Source: Escherichia coli
GTDB taxonomy: Bacteria; Pseudomonadota; Gammaproteobacteria; Enterobacterales; Enterobacteriaceae
DNA length: 64,000 nt
Strand: one strand, 5' to 3'
Assembly: GCF_017348835.2 (NCBI RefSeq)
Contig: NZ_CP071375.1
In this document: positions 22,811-33,477 of the stretch, in pieces
How the letters are laid out: every line of letters begins with the position of its first letter
Numbering within the stretch: the first letter of the stretch is position 1
The notes under the pieces: generated by a model
Seen by the model: the letters and a program-made list of their open reading frames with translations, nothing else
The model's database searches: none
Told to the model about the DNA's origin: nothing
Position numbers and translations under genes: made by a program

Positions 22811-23845
22811 TTACTTGCTAAACGCAGCCTGGAAGACAGCTACCAGCGCGTCGTTCTGACTCTGAGTCAGAGTATGACCTTTCGGATCGATGAACTGTAG
22901 GCTGCTGCGGTTATCTAAATCGCCAACCTGCAGTTTATAGTCACCGGATGCCAGACCTGGATCGCTCGCGCCCAGTTCCTGCCAGTCGCTGTCAGACAGC
23001 GGCTTATAAGTTACGGCCATGTTGCCCTGCGAACGGGTGCTGTCGGTCACTTTCATGCCCACTTTTTCCAGCGCCGCTGGCAGACGTTGCCAAACCACAT
23101 TGAACGGCCCGCGTACGACCAGCATTGGTAAACCGGTGTCATCAGCTGCACTTTGTACGTCCATAGTGGTGGAGGCACGATTTTGCGCAGCGTTCGCGGC
23201 GTCAGTGGCAGATTTATCCAGACCGGCGGAAATAACGTTCATCATCTCCGTGCTGTAACGCTGCATGGAAGCCGCGTCTGCAACCGGTTTGCCCGCCTGT
23301 TCCAGGTTCAGCAGTTTAACCGTAACCGCCTGCTGATAACCCTGCGGCTTAACAGAGATTTGATAACGACCACGATACTGCTCGTCTTCGTCCAGACGGT
23401 TCCATTGTACCCAATCGGTGGTCAGTGTCTGACCAGCATCATCACGTTGGGTGATGGTGTAGTTTTTCGCCTGCAGCACGCTAACCACCTGCGGCCACAG
23501 AGTATTGCCACGGCCATTTTCCACCAGCAATGAAGCGGTATCGCCCGTGAACTGGGTACGCGCGCCAGAAACCAGTGCCAGCGGCTGGGCTGGTGGACGA
23601 ATGTCCAGCGCCTTACCGACAGCACCACTACCGTTGGTCACCGGGATTGCATAATCACCGGAGGTCACCGGCAAAATCATTCCAGCCGGGGCATGAAGCT
23701 CCGCAAGCGGTGCCGCTTCCAGGTAGGCTTCATCACCACTGACCTGACGCTTATAGCGTGAGTCAGAACTACAGGCAGCGAGTAATAAAACAAGCGAAAC
23801 ACCCGCAACCTTTGCCAGGCGCGACTTTTGAACAGAGTAAGCCAT
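22811..23845 (-). CDS. bamC: Outer-membrane protein assembly lipoprotein BamC (NlpB)
   Basis: The track ORF starts at the second Met ([27 protein letters not shown]...), giving 344 aa with an LAAC lipobox. Confidence 0.94.
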
Positions 23846-23861
23846 CAAATCTCCCTAAACT

Positions 23862-24740
23862 TTACAGCAAACCGGCATGCTTAAGCGCCGCTCTGACCGT
23901 CTCACGACCACTGTCGGTGATTGGTGTCATTGGCAGGCGCAGCGTATCGGTCGCCACAAGACCCAGTTCCTTACATGCCCATTTCACCGGGATTGGATTG
24001 GGTTCGACAAATAGTTTGTTGTGTAATGGCATCAGACGCTGATTAATAACGCGTGCCTCGGCAAAATGCCCTTCTGCTGCCAGTTTGCACATCTGGGCCA
24101 TATCACGCGCTGCGACGTTAGCCGTAACGGAAATAACCCCATGACCGCCTAATTGCATGAAGTCCAGCGCGCTCGCATCATCGCCGCTCAGCAGAACAAA
24201 ATCATCTGAAACCAGCTCTTTGATCTGGTTTACACGCGTTAAGTTCCCTGTTGCCTCTTTGATTCCGATAATATTTTTTACTTTCGCCAGACGGCCCACC
24301 GTTTCCGGGAGCAGATCGCAGCCAGTACGGGACGGCACATTATACAGAATTTGCGGCAGGTCAGTATGCTCAGCGATGGCTTTGAAATGCTGATACAAAC
24401 CTTCTTGCGACGGACGATTGTAGTAAGGGGTTACCGTCAGGCAGCCGACGATACCACTGTCATTGAAGCGCTGCGTCAGGCTAATGGCTTCCGCAGTAGC
24501 GTTAGCACCAGTCCCGGCAATCACCGGAATGCGCCCGTCAGCCAGCTCCAGCGTCATCATCACCACATCAGCATGTTCGTCATGATTTAAGGTAGCGGAC
24601 TCGCCAGTGGTGCCAACAGAAACGATCGCCGAAGTACCGCTGGCGACATGATAATCAATCAGTTTTTTCAAGCTAGCCCGACAGACATTACCTTTTTCAT
24701 CCATCGGAGTAACAATCGCGACAATACTTCCCGTGAACAT
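23862..24740 (-). CDS. dapA: 4-hydroxy-tetrahydrodipicolinate synthase
   Basis: The track ORF is trimmed to [24 protein letters not shown]... (292 aa). Confidence 0.96.
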   Translation of the reverse strand: MFTGSIVAIVTPMDEKGNVCRASLKKLIDYHVASGTSAIVSVGTTGESATLNHDEHADVVMMTLELADGRIPVIAGTGANATAEAISLTQRFNDSGIVGCLTVTPYYNRPSQEGLYQHFKAIAEHTDLPQILYNVPSRTGCDLLPETVGRLAKVKNIIGIKEATGNLTRVNQIKELVSDDFVLLSGDDASALDFMQLGGHGVISVTANVAARDMAQMCKLAAEGHFAEARVINQRLMPLHNKLFVEPNPIPVKWACKELGLVATDTLRLPMTPITDSGRETVRAALKHAGLL

Positions 24741-24885
24741 GGGCCATCCTCTGTGCAAACAAGTGTCTCAATGGTACGTTTGGTATGGCATTAAAAGCAA
24801 GCAGACAGAACCGTTCTGATTGTTGTATGCATGTTTTTTTTATGCTTTCCTTAAGAACAACTCACCCCTTAAAGGAATAACCAGT

Positions 24886-25458
24886 TTGACACTGTCATCG
24901 CAACATTATCTGGTGATCACTGCGTTGGGTGCCGATCGCCCTGGAATTGTGAACACCATCACCCGTCATGTCAGTAGTTGCGGCTGTAATATTGAAGACA
25001 GTCGCCTGGCGATGCTGGGAGAAGAGTTCACGTTTATCATGCTGCTTTCCGGTTCATGGAATGCCATCACTCTGATTGAATCAACGTTACCGTTGAAAGG
25101 TGCCGAACTGGATCTTTTAATCGTGATGAAGCGCACGACGGCGCGTCCGCGTCCGCCAATGCCAGCATCTGTCTGGGTTCAGGTCGATGTGGCAGACTCC
25201 CCGCATTTAATTGAACGCTTCACAGCACTTTTCGACGCGCATCATATGAACATTGCGGAGCTGGTGTCGCGCACGCAACCTGCTGAAAATGAACGGGCTG
25301 CGCAGTTGCATATTCAGATAACCGCCCACAGCCCCGCATCTGCGGACGCAGCAAATATTGAGCAAGCGTTCAAAGCCCTATGTACAGAACTCAATGCACA
25401 AGGCAGTATTAACGTCGTCAATTATTCCCAACATGATGAACAGGATGGAGTTAAGTAA
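24886..25458 (+). CDS. gcvR: Glycine-cleavage system transcriptional repressor GcvR (two ACT domains), TTG start
   Basis: The track ORF 24820..25458 contains (L)TLSSQHYLVITALGADRPGIVNTI.... A TTG at 24886 gives the 190-aa length I recall for K-12. Confidence 0.85.
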   Translation: MTLSSQHYLVITALGADRPGIVNTITRHVSSCGCNIEDSRLAMLGEEFTFIMLLSGSWNAITLIESTLPLKGAELDLLIVMKRTTARPRPPMPASVWVQVDVADSPHLIERFTALFDAHHMNIAELVSRTQPAENERAAQLHIQITAHSPASADAANIEQAFKALCTELNAQGSINVVNYSQHDEQDGVK

Positions 25459-25928
25459 TGAATCCACTGAAAGCCGGTGATATCGCACCGAAATTTAGCT
25501 TGCCGGATCAAGACGGAGAACAAGTTAATTTGACCGACTTCCAGGGACAGCGTGTTCTGGTTTATTTCTACCCGAAAGCCATGACCCCCGGCTGTACCGT
25601 ACAGGCCTGCGGCTTACGCGATAACATGGATGAGTTGAAAAAAGCGGGCGTTGATGTGCTGGGTATCAGCACCGATAAACCCGAAAAACTCTCCCGTTTT
25701 GCGGAAAAAGAGCTGCTTAACTTCACGCTCCTGTCTGATGAGGACCACCAGGTGTGCGAGCAATTCGGCGTCTGGGGGGAAAAGTCCTTCATGGGCAAAA
25801 CCTACGATGGTATTCATCGCATCAGCTTCCTGATTGACGCTGATGGCAAAATCGAACATGTCTTTGACGATTTCAAAACCAGCAATCACCACGACGTTGT
25901 GCTGAACTGGCTGAAAGAACACGCCTGA
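25458..25928 (+). CDS. bcp: Thiol peroxidase / bacterioferritin comigratory protein
   Basis: 156-aa peroxiredoxin ORF with a PGCT active-site motif. Its ATG overlaps the gcvR stop (TAATG). Confidence 0.95.
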   Translation: MNPLKAGDIAPKFSLPDQDGEQVNLTDFQGQRVLVYFYPKAMTPGCTVQACGLRDNMDELKKAGVDVLGISTDKPEKLSRFAEKELLNFTLLSDEDHQVCEQFGVWGEKSFMGKTYDGIHRISFLIDADGKIEHVFDDFKTSNHHDVVLNWLKEHA

Positions 25929-26014
25929 TTACTTTGCTCCATTCCGTGCTGGCTGCGCTTGTGGTCAGCACACCTCACTTCTCGTGACCAAGATCACATT
26001 CTCACTTTCCCCTG

Positions 26015-26028
26015 CGACACGGGTGTCG
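26015..26028. promoter_or_regulatory. Inverted repeat CGACAC-GG-GTGTCG, candidate upstream activator site for the hyf sigma54 promoter
   Basis: A perfect 6-2-6 palindrome is read directly about 100 bp upstream of the -24/-12 element, a position typical of sigma54 enhancer-binding-protein sites. Confidence 0.4.
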
Positions 26029-26123
26029 AATCCATTTTTTGCTGAACGTTAATGACCATCATTTTTGTACCGTTCAGAATCCAGTTAATTCATAACTTAT
26101 TGAATATATTAAATTAATAAGAC

Positions 26124-26139
26124 TGGCATCCTTTATGCA
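26124..26139 (+). promoter_or_regulatory. Sigma54 (-24/-12) promoter of the hyf operon
   Basis: TGGCATCCTTTATGCA fits TGGCAC-N5-TTGCA with correct GG/GC spacing, about 43 nt upstream of the hyfA ATG. The hyf operon is known to be sigma54-dependent. Confidence 0.7.
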
Positions 26140-26180
26140 ATATGAAATGTAATGTTTCATATCATTTTCAAGGAGCCGAC

Positions 26181-26798
26181 ATGAACCGCTTTGTGGTGGC
26201 CGAACCAATGTGGTGTACAGGATGTAATACCTGTCTCGCTGCCTGTTCGGACGTGCATAAAACGCAAGGTTTACAGCAACACCCGCGCCTGGCCCTGGCG
26301 AAGACGTCAACACTCACTGCCCCTGTCGTGTGTCATCACTGTGAGGAAGCCCCTTGCCTGCAGGTCTGCCCGGTCAATGCCATCTCCCAGAGGGATGATG
26401 CGATCCAACTCAACGAAAGCCTCTGTATTGGCTGCAAGCTTTGCGCCGTGGTCTGCCCATTTGGCGCAATCAGCGCTTCAGGAAGCCGTCCGGTGAATGC
26501 CCCTGCGCAATATGTTTTTCAGGCTGAAGGCTCACTCAAAGACGGCGAAGAAAACGCGCCAACACAACATGCTTTGCTGCGCTGGGAACCGGGTGTCCAG
26601 ACCGTCGCGGTGAAATGCGACCTGTGTGATTTCTTGCCAGAAGGTCCGGCCTGCGTTCGCGCTTGCCCGAATCAGGCGTTACGGCTGATCACCGACGATA
26701 GCCTGCAACGTCAGATGAAAGAAAAACAGCGCCTTGCCGCAAGCTGGTTTGCCAATGGCGGGGAGGATCCCCTTTCCCTCACTCAGGAGCAACGCTAA
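26181..26798 (+). CDS. hyfA: Hydrogenase-4 component A (4Fe-4S ferredoxin-type)
   Basis: The track ORF is trimmed to MNRFVVAEPMWCTGCNTCLAACS... (205 aa), with AAGGAG 7 nt upstream. Confidence 0.94.
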   Translation: MNRFVVAEPMWCTGCNTCLAACSDVHKTQGLQQHPRLALAKTSTLTAPVVCHHCEEAPCLQVCPVNAISQRDDAIQLNESLCIGCKLCAVVCPFGAISASGSRPVNAPAQYVFQAEGSLKDGEENAPTQHALLRWEPGVQTVAVKCDLCDFLPEGPACVRACPNQALRLITDDSLQRQMKEKQRLAASWFANGGEDPLSLTQEQR

Positions 26799-28816
26799 TG
26801 GATGCCCTGCAATTATTAACCTGGTCGCTGATCCTCTATCTGTTTGCCAGTCTGGCTTCGCTGTTTTTACTCGGTCTGGACAGACTGGCTATTAAGCTTT
26901 CCGGCATCACATCGCTGGTGGGCGGCGTGATTGGCATTATCAGCGGAATTACGCAATTACATGCAGGCGTAACTTTAGTCGCCCGTTTTGCCACCCCTTT
27001 TGACTTTGCCGATTTAACCCTGCGAATGGATAGCCTCTCGGCATTTATGGTGCTGGTTATCTCCTTGCTGGTGGTGGTTTGTTCGCTCTATTCATTGACT
27101 TACATGCGCGAATACGAGGGCAAAGGCGCGGCGGCGATGGGCTTCTTTATGAATATTTTCATCGCATCGATGGTTGCCCTGCTGGTGATGGACAACGCTT
27201 TTTGGTTCATCGTGCTGTTTGAAATGATGTCACTGTCTTCCTGGTTTCTGGTCATTGCCAGGCAGGATAAAACGTCGATCAACGCTGGCATGCTCTACTT
27301 TTTTATCGCCCACGCCGGATCGGTGCTGATTATGATCGCCTTCTTGCTGATGGGACGCGAAAGCGGCAGCCTCGATTTTGCCAGTTTCCGCACGCTTTCA
27401 CTTTCTCCGGGGCTGGCGTCGGCGGTGTTCCTGCTGGCCTTTTTCGGTTTTGGCGCGAAAGCCGGAATGATGCCGTTGCACAGCTGGTTGCCGCGCGCTC
27501 ACCCTGCCGCACCATCGCACGCTTCGGCGTTGATGTCTGGCGTAATGGTCAAAATCGGTATTTTCGGCATCCTGAAAGTAGCGATGGATCTGCTGGCGCA
27601 AACGGGTTTGCCGCTGTGGTGGGGCATTCTGGTGATGGCGATCGGCGCAATCTCCGCGCTCCTGGGCGTGCTATATGCGCTGGCGGAACAGGATATCAAA
27701 CGGCTGCTGGCCTGGAGTACCGTCGAAAACGTCGGCATTATTTTGCTGGCAGTCGGTGTGGCGATGGTCGGTCTGTCACTGCACGACCCGCTGCTCACCG
27801 TGGTTGGACTGCTCGGCGCACTGTTTCATCTGCTCAACCATGCGCTGTTCAAAGGGCTGCTATTTCTCGGCGCGGGTGCGATTATTTCGCGTTTGCATAC
27901 CCACGACATGGAAAAAATGGGGGCACTGGCAAAACGGATGCCGTGGACAGCCGCAGCATGCCTGATTGGTTGCCTCGCGATATCAGCCCTTCCTCCGCTG
28001 AATGGTTTTATCAGCGAATGGTACACCTGGCAGTCGCTGTTCTCACTAAGTCGTGTGGAAGCCGTAGCGCTACAACTTGCGGGTCCTATTGCTATGGTAA
28101 TGCTGGCAGTCACTGGTGGGCTGGCAGTAATGTGCTTCGTAAAAATGTACGGTATTACTTTCTGTGGTGCGCCGCGCAGTACACACGCTGAAGAGGCACA
28201 GGAAGTGCCAAATACGATGATCGTCGCCATGCTACTGCTCGCGGCACTCTGCGTATTAATTGCGCTTAGTGCCAGTTGGCTGGCACCGAAGATAATGCAT
28301 ATTGCCCATGCGTTTACCAATACCCCTCCCGTCACTGTCGCCAGCGGAATAGCACTTGTACCCGGCACGTTTCATACACAGGTCACCCCCTCATTACTGT
28401 TGCTGTTACTACTGGCGATGCCTTTGCTGCCTGGCCTTTACTGGCTGTGGTGTCGTTCGCGCCGCGCAGCGTTTCGTCGCACAGGAGATGCCTGGGCATG
28501 CGGCTACAGCTGGGAAAACGCGATGGCTCCGTCAGGCAATGGCGTGATGCAGCCGCTGCGTGTGGTCTTCTCTGCGTTATTTCGTCTACGACAACAGCTC
28601 GACCCTACGCTGAGGCTAAATAAAGGTCTTGCGCACGTCACCGCCAGGGCTCAGAGCACAGAACCCTTCTGGGATGAGCGGGTGATCCGCCCCATCGTGA
28701 GCGCCACCCAACGGCTGGCCAAAGAAATACAGCATCTGCAAAGCGGCGACTTTCGTCTCTATTGCCTGTATGTGGTCGCCGCACTGGTTGTGCTGCTAAT
28801 CGCTATTGCCGTCTAA
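26798..28816 (+). CDS. hyfB: Hydrogenase-4 component B (NuoL/MrpA-like antiporter subunit)
   Basis: 672-aa polytopic membrane ORF. Its start overlaps the hyfA stop (TAATG). Confidence 0.94.
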   Translation: MDALQLLTWSLILYLFASLASLFLLGLDRLAIKLSGITSLVGGVIGIISGITQLHAGVTLVARFATPFDFADLTLRMDSLSAFMVLVISLLVVVCSLYSLTYMREYEGKGAAAMGFFMNIFIASMVALLVMDNAFWFIVLFEMMSLSSWFLVIARQDKTSINAGMLYFFIAHAGSVLIMIAFLLMGRESGSLDFASFRTLSLSPGLASAVFLLAFFGFGAKAGMMPLHSWLPRAHPAAPSHASALMSGVMVKIGIFGILKVAMDLLAQTGLPLWWGILVMAIGAISALLGVLYALAEQDIKRLLAWSTVENVGIILLAVGVAMVGLSLHDPLLTVVGLLGALFHLLNHALFKGLLFLGAGAIISRLHTHDMEKMGALAKRMPWTAAACLIGCLAISALPPLNGFISEWYTWQSLFSLSRVEAVALQLAGPIAMVMLAVTGGLAVMCFVKMYGITFCGAPRSTHAEEAQEVPNTMIVAMLLLAALCVLIALSASWLAPKIMHIAHAFTNTPPVTVASGIALVPGTFHTQVTPSLLLLLLLAMPLLPGLYWLWCRSRRAAFRRTGDAWACGYSWENAMAPSGNGVMQPLRVVFSALFRLRQQLDPTLRLNKGLAHVTARAQSTEPFWDERVIRPIVSATQRLAKEIQHLQSGDFRLYCLYVVAALVVLLIAIAV

Positions 28817-28826
28817 GGAAATCACC

Positions 28827-29774
28827 ATGAGACAAACTCTTTGCGACGGATATCTGGTCATTTTTGCGTTAGCACAGGCCGTGATTCTGCTGATGCTAAC
28901 CCCACTTTTTACGGGTATTTCCCGGCAGATACGCGCGCGTATGCACTCCCGCCGCGGGCCTGGGATCTGGCAGGATTATCGCGATATCCACAAACTGTTT
29001 AAACGCCAGGAAGTTGCGCCGACATCTTCAGGTCTGATGTTCCGCCTGATGCCGTGGGTATTAATCAGCAGCATGCTGGTGCTGGCGATGGCCCTACCAC
29101 TATTTATTACCGTTTCCCCTTTTGCGGGCGGCGGCGATCTGATCACCCTTATCTATCTTCTTGCCCTGTTTCGTTTTTTCTTTGCTCTTTCAGGGCTGGA
29201 TACCGGAAGCCCGTTTGCGGGAGTCGGTGCCAGTCGCGAGTTGACGCTCGGCATTCTGGTCGAACCCATGCTCATTCTCTCACTGCTGGTATTGGCGCTG
29301 ATAGCGGATTCCACGCATATCGAGATGATCAGCAATACGCTGGCGATGGGCTGGAACTCGCCGCTAACCACCGTACTGGCGTTACTGGCCTGTGGTTTTG
29401 CCTGCTTCATTGAGATGGGAAAAATTCCCTTTGATGTTGCTGAAGCAGAACAGGAATTACAGGAAGGCCCGCTGACCGAATATTCCGGTGCCGGGCTGGC
29501 GCTGGCGAAATGGGGGCTGGGGCTGAAACAGGTCGTGATGGCAGCACTGTTTGTGGCCCTGTTTCTGCCCTTTGGGCGCGCGCAAGAACTTTCTCTCGCC
29601 TGCCTGCTGACTTCACTTGTCGTTACGCTGCTCAAGGTTTTGCTGATTTTTGTACTGGCCTCAATCGCAGAAAACACGCTGGCACGCGGGCGTTTTTTAC
29701 TCATTCACCATGTGACCTGGCTTGGCTTCAGCCTTGCTGCGCTTGCATGGGTCTTCTGGTTAACCGGTCTGTAA
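28827..29774 (+). CDS. hyfC: Hydrogenase-4 component C (NuoH-like membrane subunit)
   Basis: The track ORF is trimmed to MRQTLCDGYLVIFALAQAV... (315 aa). Confidence 0.93.
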   Translation: MRQTLCDGYLVIFALAQAVILLMLTPLFTGISRQIRARMHSRRGPGIWQDYRDIHKLFKRQEVAPTSSGLMFRLMPWVLISSMLVLAMALPLFITVSPFAGGGDLITLIYLLALFRFFFALSGLDTGSPFAGVGASRELTLGILVEPMLILSLLVLALIADSTHIEMISNTLAMGWNSPLTTVLALLACGFACFIEMGKIPFDVAEAEQELQEGPLTEYSGAGLALAKWGLGLKQVVMAALFVALFLPFGRAQELSLACLLTSLVVTLLKVLLIFVLASIAENTLARGRFLLIHHVTWLGFSLAALAWVFWLTGL

Positions 29775-29790
29775 GGAGCACTGACGGAAT

Positions 29791-31230
29791 ATGGAAAATC
29801 TTGCTCTGACGACGTTAATGCTGCCTTTTATCGGCGCACTGGTCGTTTCGTTTTCGCCACAACGTCGGGCCGCCGAATGGGGGGTTTTGTTCGCCGCGCT
29901 GACCACGCTGTGCATGTTGTCGCTGATCTCCGCGTTTTATCAGGCCGATAAAGTTGCCGTCACGTTGACGTTGGTCAACGTGGGGGATGTGGCATTGTTT
30001 GGCCTGCTCATTGATCGCGTGAGTACGCTGATTCTGTTTGTGGTGGTGTTTCTCGGTTTGCTGGTCACGATCTACTCCACGGGTTATCTGACGGATAAAA
30101 ATCGCGAACACCCGCATAACGGCACGAATCGTTATTACGCATTTTTGCTGGTGTTTATCGGCGCGATGGCGGGACTGGTACTCTCCTCGACGCTGCTCGG
30201 TCAGTTGTTGTTTTTTGAAATTACGGGCGGCTGCTCCTGGGCGTTGATCAGTTATTATCAGAGCGATAAAGCGCAGCGTTCAGCACTAAAAGCGTTGCTT
30301 ATCACCCATATCGGTTCGTTGGGGTTGTATCTTGCCGCCGCCACGCTGTTTTTGCAGACCGGAACGTTTGCGCTTAGCGCGATGAGCGAGTTACACGGCG
30401 ACGCACGTTATCTGGTTTATGGCGGCATCCTGTTTGCCGCGTGGGGGAAATCGGCCCAGCTACCGATGCAAGCGTGGCTACCGGACGCAATGGAAGCGCC
30501 AACACCGATCAGCGCCTATCTCCACGCCGCATCGATGGTGAAAGTGGGCGTTTACATTTTTGCCCGCGCCATTATCGACGGCGGCAATATCCCGCATGTG
30601 ATTGGCGGTGTTGGCATGGTCATGGCCCTGGTCACCATTCTTTATGGCTTCCTGATGTATTTGCCACAGCAGGATATGAAGCGGTTGCTGGCCTGGTCGA
30701 CCATCACTCAACTTGGCTGGATGTTCTTCGGCTTGTCGCTCTCCATCTTCGGCTCGCGGCTGGCGCTGGAGGGTAGCATCGCCTACATCGTCAACCACGC
30801 GTTCGCTAAAAGCCTGTTTTTCCTTGTAGCAGGTGCGCTGAGTTACAGCTGCGGCACGCGCTTGTTGCCGCGTCTGCGTGGCGTATTGCACACCCTGCCG
30901 TTGCCAGGCGTGGGTTTCTGCGTAGCAGCGCTGGCGATTACCGGTGTGCCGCCGTTCAACGGCTTCTTCAGTAAATTCCCGCTGTTTGCCGCCGGTTTTG
31001 CGTTGTCAGTGGAGTACTGGATCCTGCTGCCCGCCATGATTCTGCTGATGATTGAATCGGTCGCCAGTTTCGCCTGGTTTATTCGCTGGTTTGGTCGCGT
31101 CGTGCCGGGCAAACCGAGCGAGGCCGTCGCCGATGCCGCACCGCTGCCAGGGTCAATGCGCCTGGTGTTGATTGTACTGATTGTGATGTCGCTGATTTCC
31201 AGCGTAATCGCCGCGACCTGGTTGCAGTAA
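29791..31230 (+). CDS. hyfD: Hydrogenase-4 component D (NuoM/N-like antiporter subunit)
   Basis: 479-aa membrane ORF in hyf operon order. Confidence 0.93.
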   Translation: MENLALTTLMLPFIGALVVSFSPQRRAAEWGVLFAALTTLCMLSLISAFYQADKVAVTLTLVNVGDVALFGLLIDRVSTLILFVVVFLGLLVTIYSTGYLTDKNREHPHNGTNRYYAFLLVFIGAMAGLVLSSTLLGQLLFFEITGGCSWALISYYQSDKAQRSALKALLITHIGSLGLYLAAATLFLQTGTFALSAMSELHGDARYLVYGGILFAAWGKSAQLPMQAWLPDAMEAPTPISAYLHAASMVKVGVYIFARAIIDGGNIPHVIGGVGMVMALVTILYGFLMYLPQQDMKRLLAWSTITQLGWMFFGLSLSIFGSRLALEGSIAYIVNHAFAKSLFFLVAGALSYSCGTRLLPRLRGVLHTLPLPGVGFCVAALAITGVPPFNGFFSKFPLFAAGFALSVEYWILLPAMILLMIESVASFAWFIRWFGRVVPGKPSEAVADAAPLPGSMRLVLIVLIVMSLISSVIAATWLQ

Positions 31231-31241
31231 GGAGATGATGA

Positions 31242-31892
31242 ATGACCGGTTCTATGATCGTAAATAATCTGGCGGGACTGATGATGCTGACATCGCTGTT
31301 TGTGATTAGCGTCAAAAGCTATCGCCTGTCATGCGGATTTTACGCCTGCCAGTCGCTGGTGCTGGTGTCTATTTTCGCCACTCTCTCGTGCCTGTTCGCC
31401 GCAGAGCAACTGCTGATCTGGTCTGCCAGCGCCTTTATCACCAAAGTGCTGCTGGTACCGTTAATCATGACTTACGCTGCACGAAATATTCCCCAGAACA
31501 TCCCGGAAAAAGCGTTATTCGGTCCGGCAATGATGGCACTGCTCGCGGCGTTAATTGTCCTGCTTTGCGCATTTGTCGTTCAGCCCGTGAAGCTACCGAT
31601 GGCTACCGGGCTGAAACCGGCGCTGGCGGTAGCGTTAGGTCATTTTCTGCTTGGCCTGCTGTGCATTGTCAGCCAGCGCAATATCCTGCGGCAAATTTTT
31701 GGTTACTGCCTGATGGAAAACGGCTCCCATCTGGTGCTGGCGCTTCTTGCCTGGCGAGCACCGGAACTGGTGGAAATAGGTATCGCTACCGACGCCATCT
31801 TCGCCGTCATTGTGATGGTGTTACTGGCAAGAAAAACATGGCGTACCCACGGCACGCTGGACGTGAACAACTTGACCGCGCTGAAGGGATAA
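31242..31892 (+). CDS. hyfE: Hydrogenase-4 component E (membrane subunit)
   Basis: 216-aa membrane ORF in hyf operon order. Confidence 0.92.
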   Translation: MTGSMIVNNLAGLMMLTSLFVISVKSYRLSCGFYACQSLVLVSIFATLSCLFAAEQLLIWSASAFITKVLLVPLIMTYAARNIPQNIPEKALFGPAMMALLAALIVLLCAFVVQPVKLPMATGLKPALAVALGHFLLGLLCIVSQRNILRQIFGYCLMENGSHLVLALLAWRAPELVEIGIATDAIFAVIVMVLLARKTWRTHGTLDVNNLTALKG

Positions 31893-31896
31893 TGAG

Positions 31897-33477
31897 ATGA
31901 GTTATTCTGTGATGTTCGCTTTACTCCTGCTCACGCCGCTGCTTTTTTCGCTGCTCTGTTTTGCCTGCCGGAAACGGGGGCACTCTGCGACTCGCGCGGT
32001 GACAGTATTACATAGCTTAGGGATCACACTACTGCTGATTCTGGCACTCTGGGTGGTCCAAACCGCCGCTGATGCGGGAGAAATATTCGCTGCGGGACTG
32101 TGGCTTCATATTGATGGTCTGGGCGGTTTGTTCCTCGCCATTCTTGGTGTGATTGGCTTTCTTACCGGTGTTTACTCGATTGGCTACATGCGTCATGAAG
32201 TGGAGCACGGCGAGCTTTCACCCGTTACGCTGTGCGATTACTACGGTTTCTTCCATCTGTTTTTGTTCACCATGCTGCTGGTTGTTACCAGCAATAACCT
32301 GATTGTGATGTGGGCGGCGATCGAAGCCACCACCTTAAGCTCGGCGTTTCTGGTAGGCATTTACGGTCAGCGTTCATCGCTGGAAGCTGCATGGAAGTAC
32401 ATCATTATTTGTACTGTTGGTGTCGCTTTTGGTCTGTTCGGTACCGTGCTGGTATACGCCAACGCCGCCAGCGTTATGCCGCAGGCAGAAATGGCGATAT
32501 TCTGGAGCGAGGTTCTTAAGCAATCGTCCTTGCTTGATCCAACATTAATGCTGTTGGCCTTTGTGTTTGTGCTAATTGGCTTTGGTACCAAAACCGGGCT
32601 ATTTCCCATGCACGCCTGGCTGCCGGATGCTCACAGTGAAGCGCCGAGTCCGGTCAGCGCCCTACTCTCCGCCGTATTGCTGAACTGCGCGCTGTTGGTG
32701 CTGATTCGCTATTACATCATTATTTGCCAGGCCATCGGCAGCGATTTCCCCAACCGGTTGTTGCTCATCTTCGGCATGTTGTCGATTGCCGTGGCGGCAT
32801 TTTTCATTCTGGTACAGCGGGACATTAAGCGTCTGCTGGCGTACTCCAGCGTGGAGAACATGGGACTGGTCGCGGTGGCGCTAGGCATTGGCGGGCCGCT
32901 GGGAATTTTTGCCGCGCTGCTGCACACCTTAAACCACAGTCTAGCAAAAACGCTGCTGTTCTGCGGTTCCGGCAATGTACTGCTCAAGTACGGCACGCGC
33001 GATCTCAACGTCGTCTGTGGGATGCTCAAAATCATGCCATTTACCGCCGTGCTGTTTGGCGGCGGTGCGCTGGCGCTGGCAGGGATGCCGCCCTTCAACA
33101 TTTTTCTTAGCGAATTTATGACCGTTACCGCCGGACTGGCACGTAATCACCTGCTGATTATCGTCCTGCTGTTATTGCTGTTAACGCTGGTGCTGGCGGG
33201 CCTGGTACGGATGGCTGCGCGGGTGTTAATGGCGAAACCGCCGCAGGCCGTTAACCGGGGTGATCTCGGCTGGTTGACCACCTCGCCAATGGTGATTCTG
33301 CTGGTCATGATGCTGGCGATGGGAACGCATATTCCACAACCTGTCATCAGGATCCTGGCGGGCGCTTCCACTATAGTCCTCTCAGGGACGCACGACCTGC
33401 CTGCACAACGTAGTACCTGGCATGATTTTTTGCCTTCAGGCACCGCATCTGTTTCGGAGAAACACAGTGAACGTTAA
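31897..33477 (+). CDS. hyfF: Hydrogenase-4 component F (NuoN/M-like antiporter subunit)
   Basis: 526-aa membrane ORF in hyf operon order. Confidence 0.93.
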   Translation: MSYSVMFALLLLTPLLFSLLCFACRKRGHSATRAVTVLHSLGITLLLILALWVVQTAADAGEIFAAGLWLHIDGLGGLFLAILGVIGFLTGVYSIGYMRHEVEHGELSPVTLCDYYGFFHLFLFTMLLVVTSNNLIVMWAAIEATTLSSAFLVGIYGQRSSLEAAWKYIIICTVGVAFGLFGTVLVYANAASVMPQAEMAIFWSEVLKQSSLLDPTLMLLAFVFVLIGFGTKTGLFPMHAWLPDAHSEAPSPVSALLSAVLLNCALLVLIRYYIIICQAIGSDFPNRLLLIFGMLSIAVAAFFILVQRDIKRLLAYSSVENMGLVAVALGIGGPLGIFAALLHTLNHSLAKTLLFCGSGNVLLKYGTRDLNVVCGMLKIMPFTAVLFGGGALALAGMPPFNIFLSEFMTVTAGLARNHLLIIVLLLLLLTLVLAGLVRMAARVLMAKPPQAVNRGDLGWLTTSPMVILLVMMLAMGTHIPQPVIRILAGASTIVLSGTHDLPAQRSTWHDFLPSGTASVSEKHSER

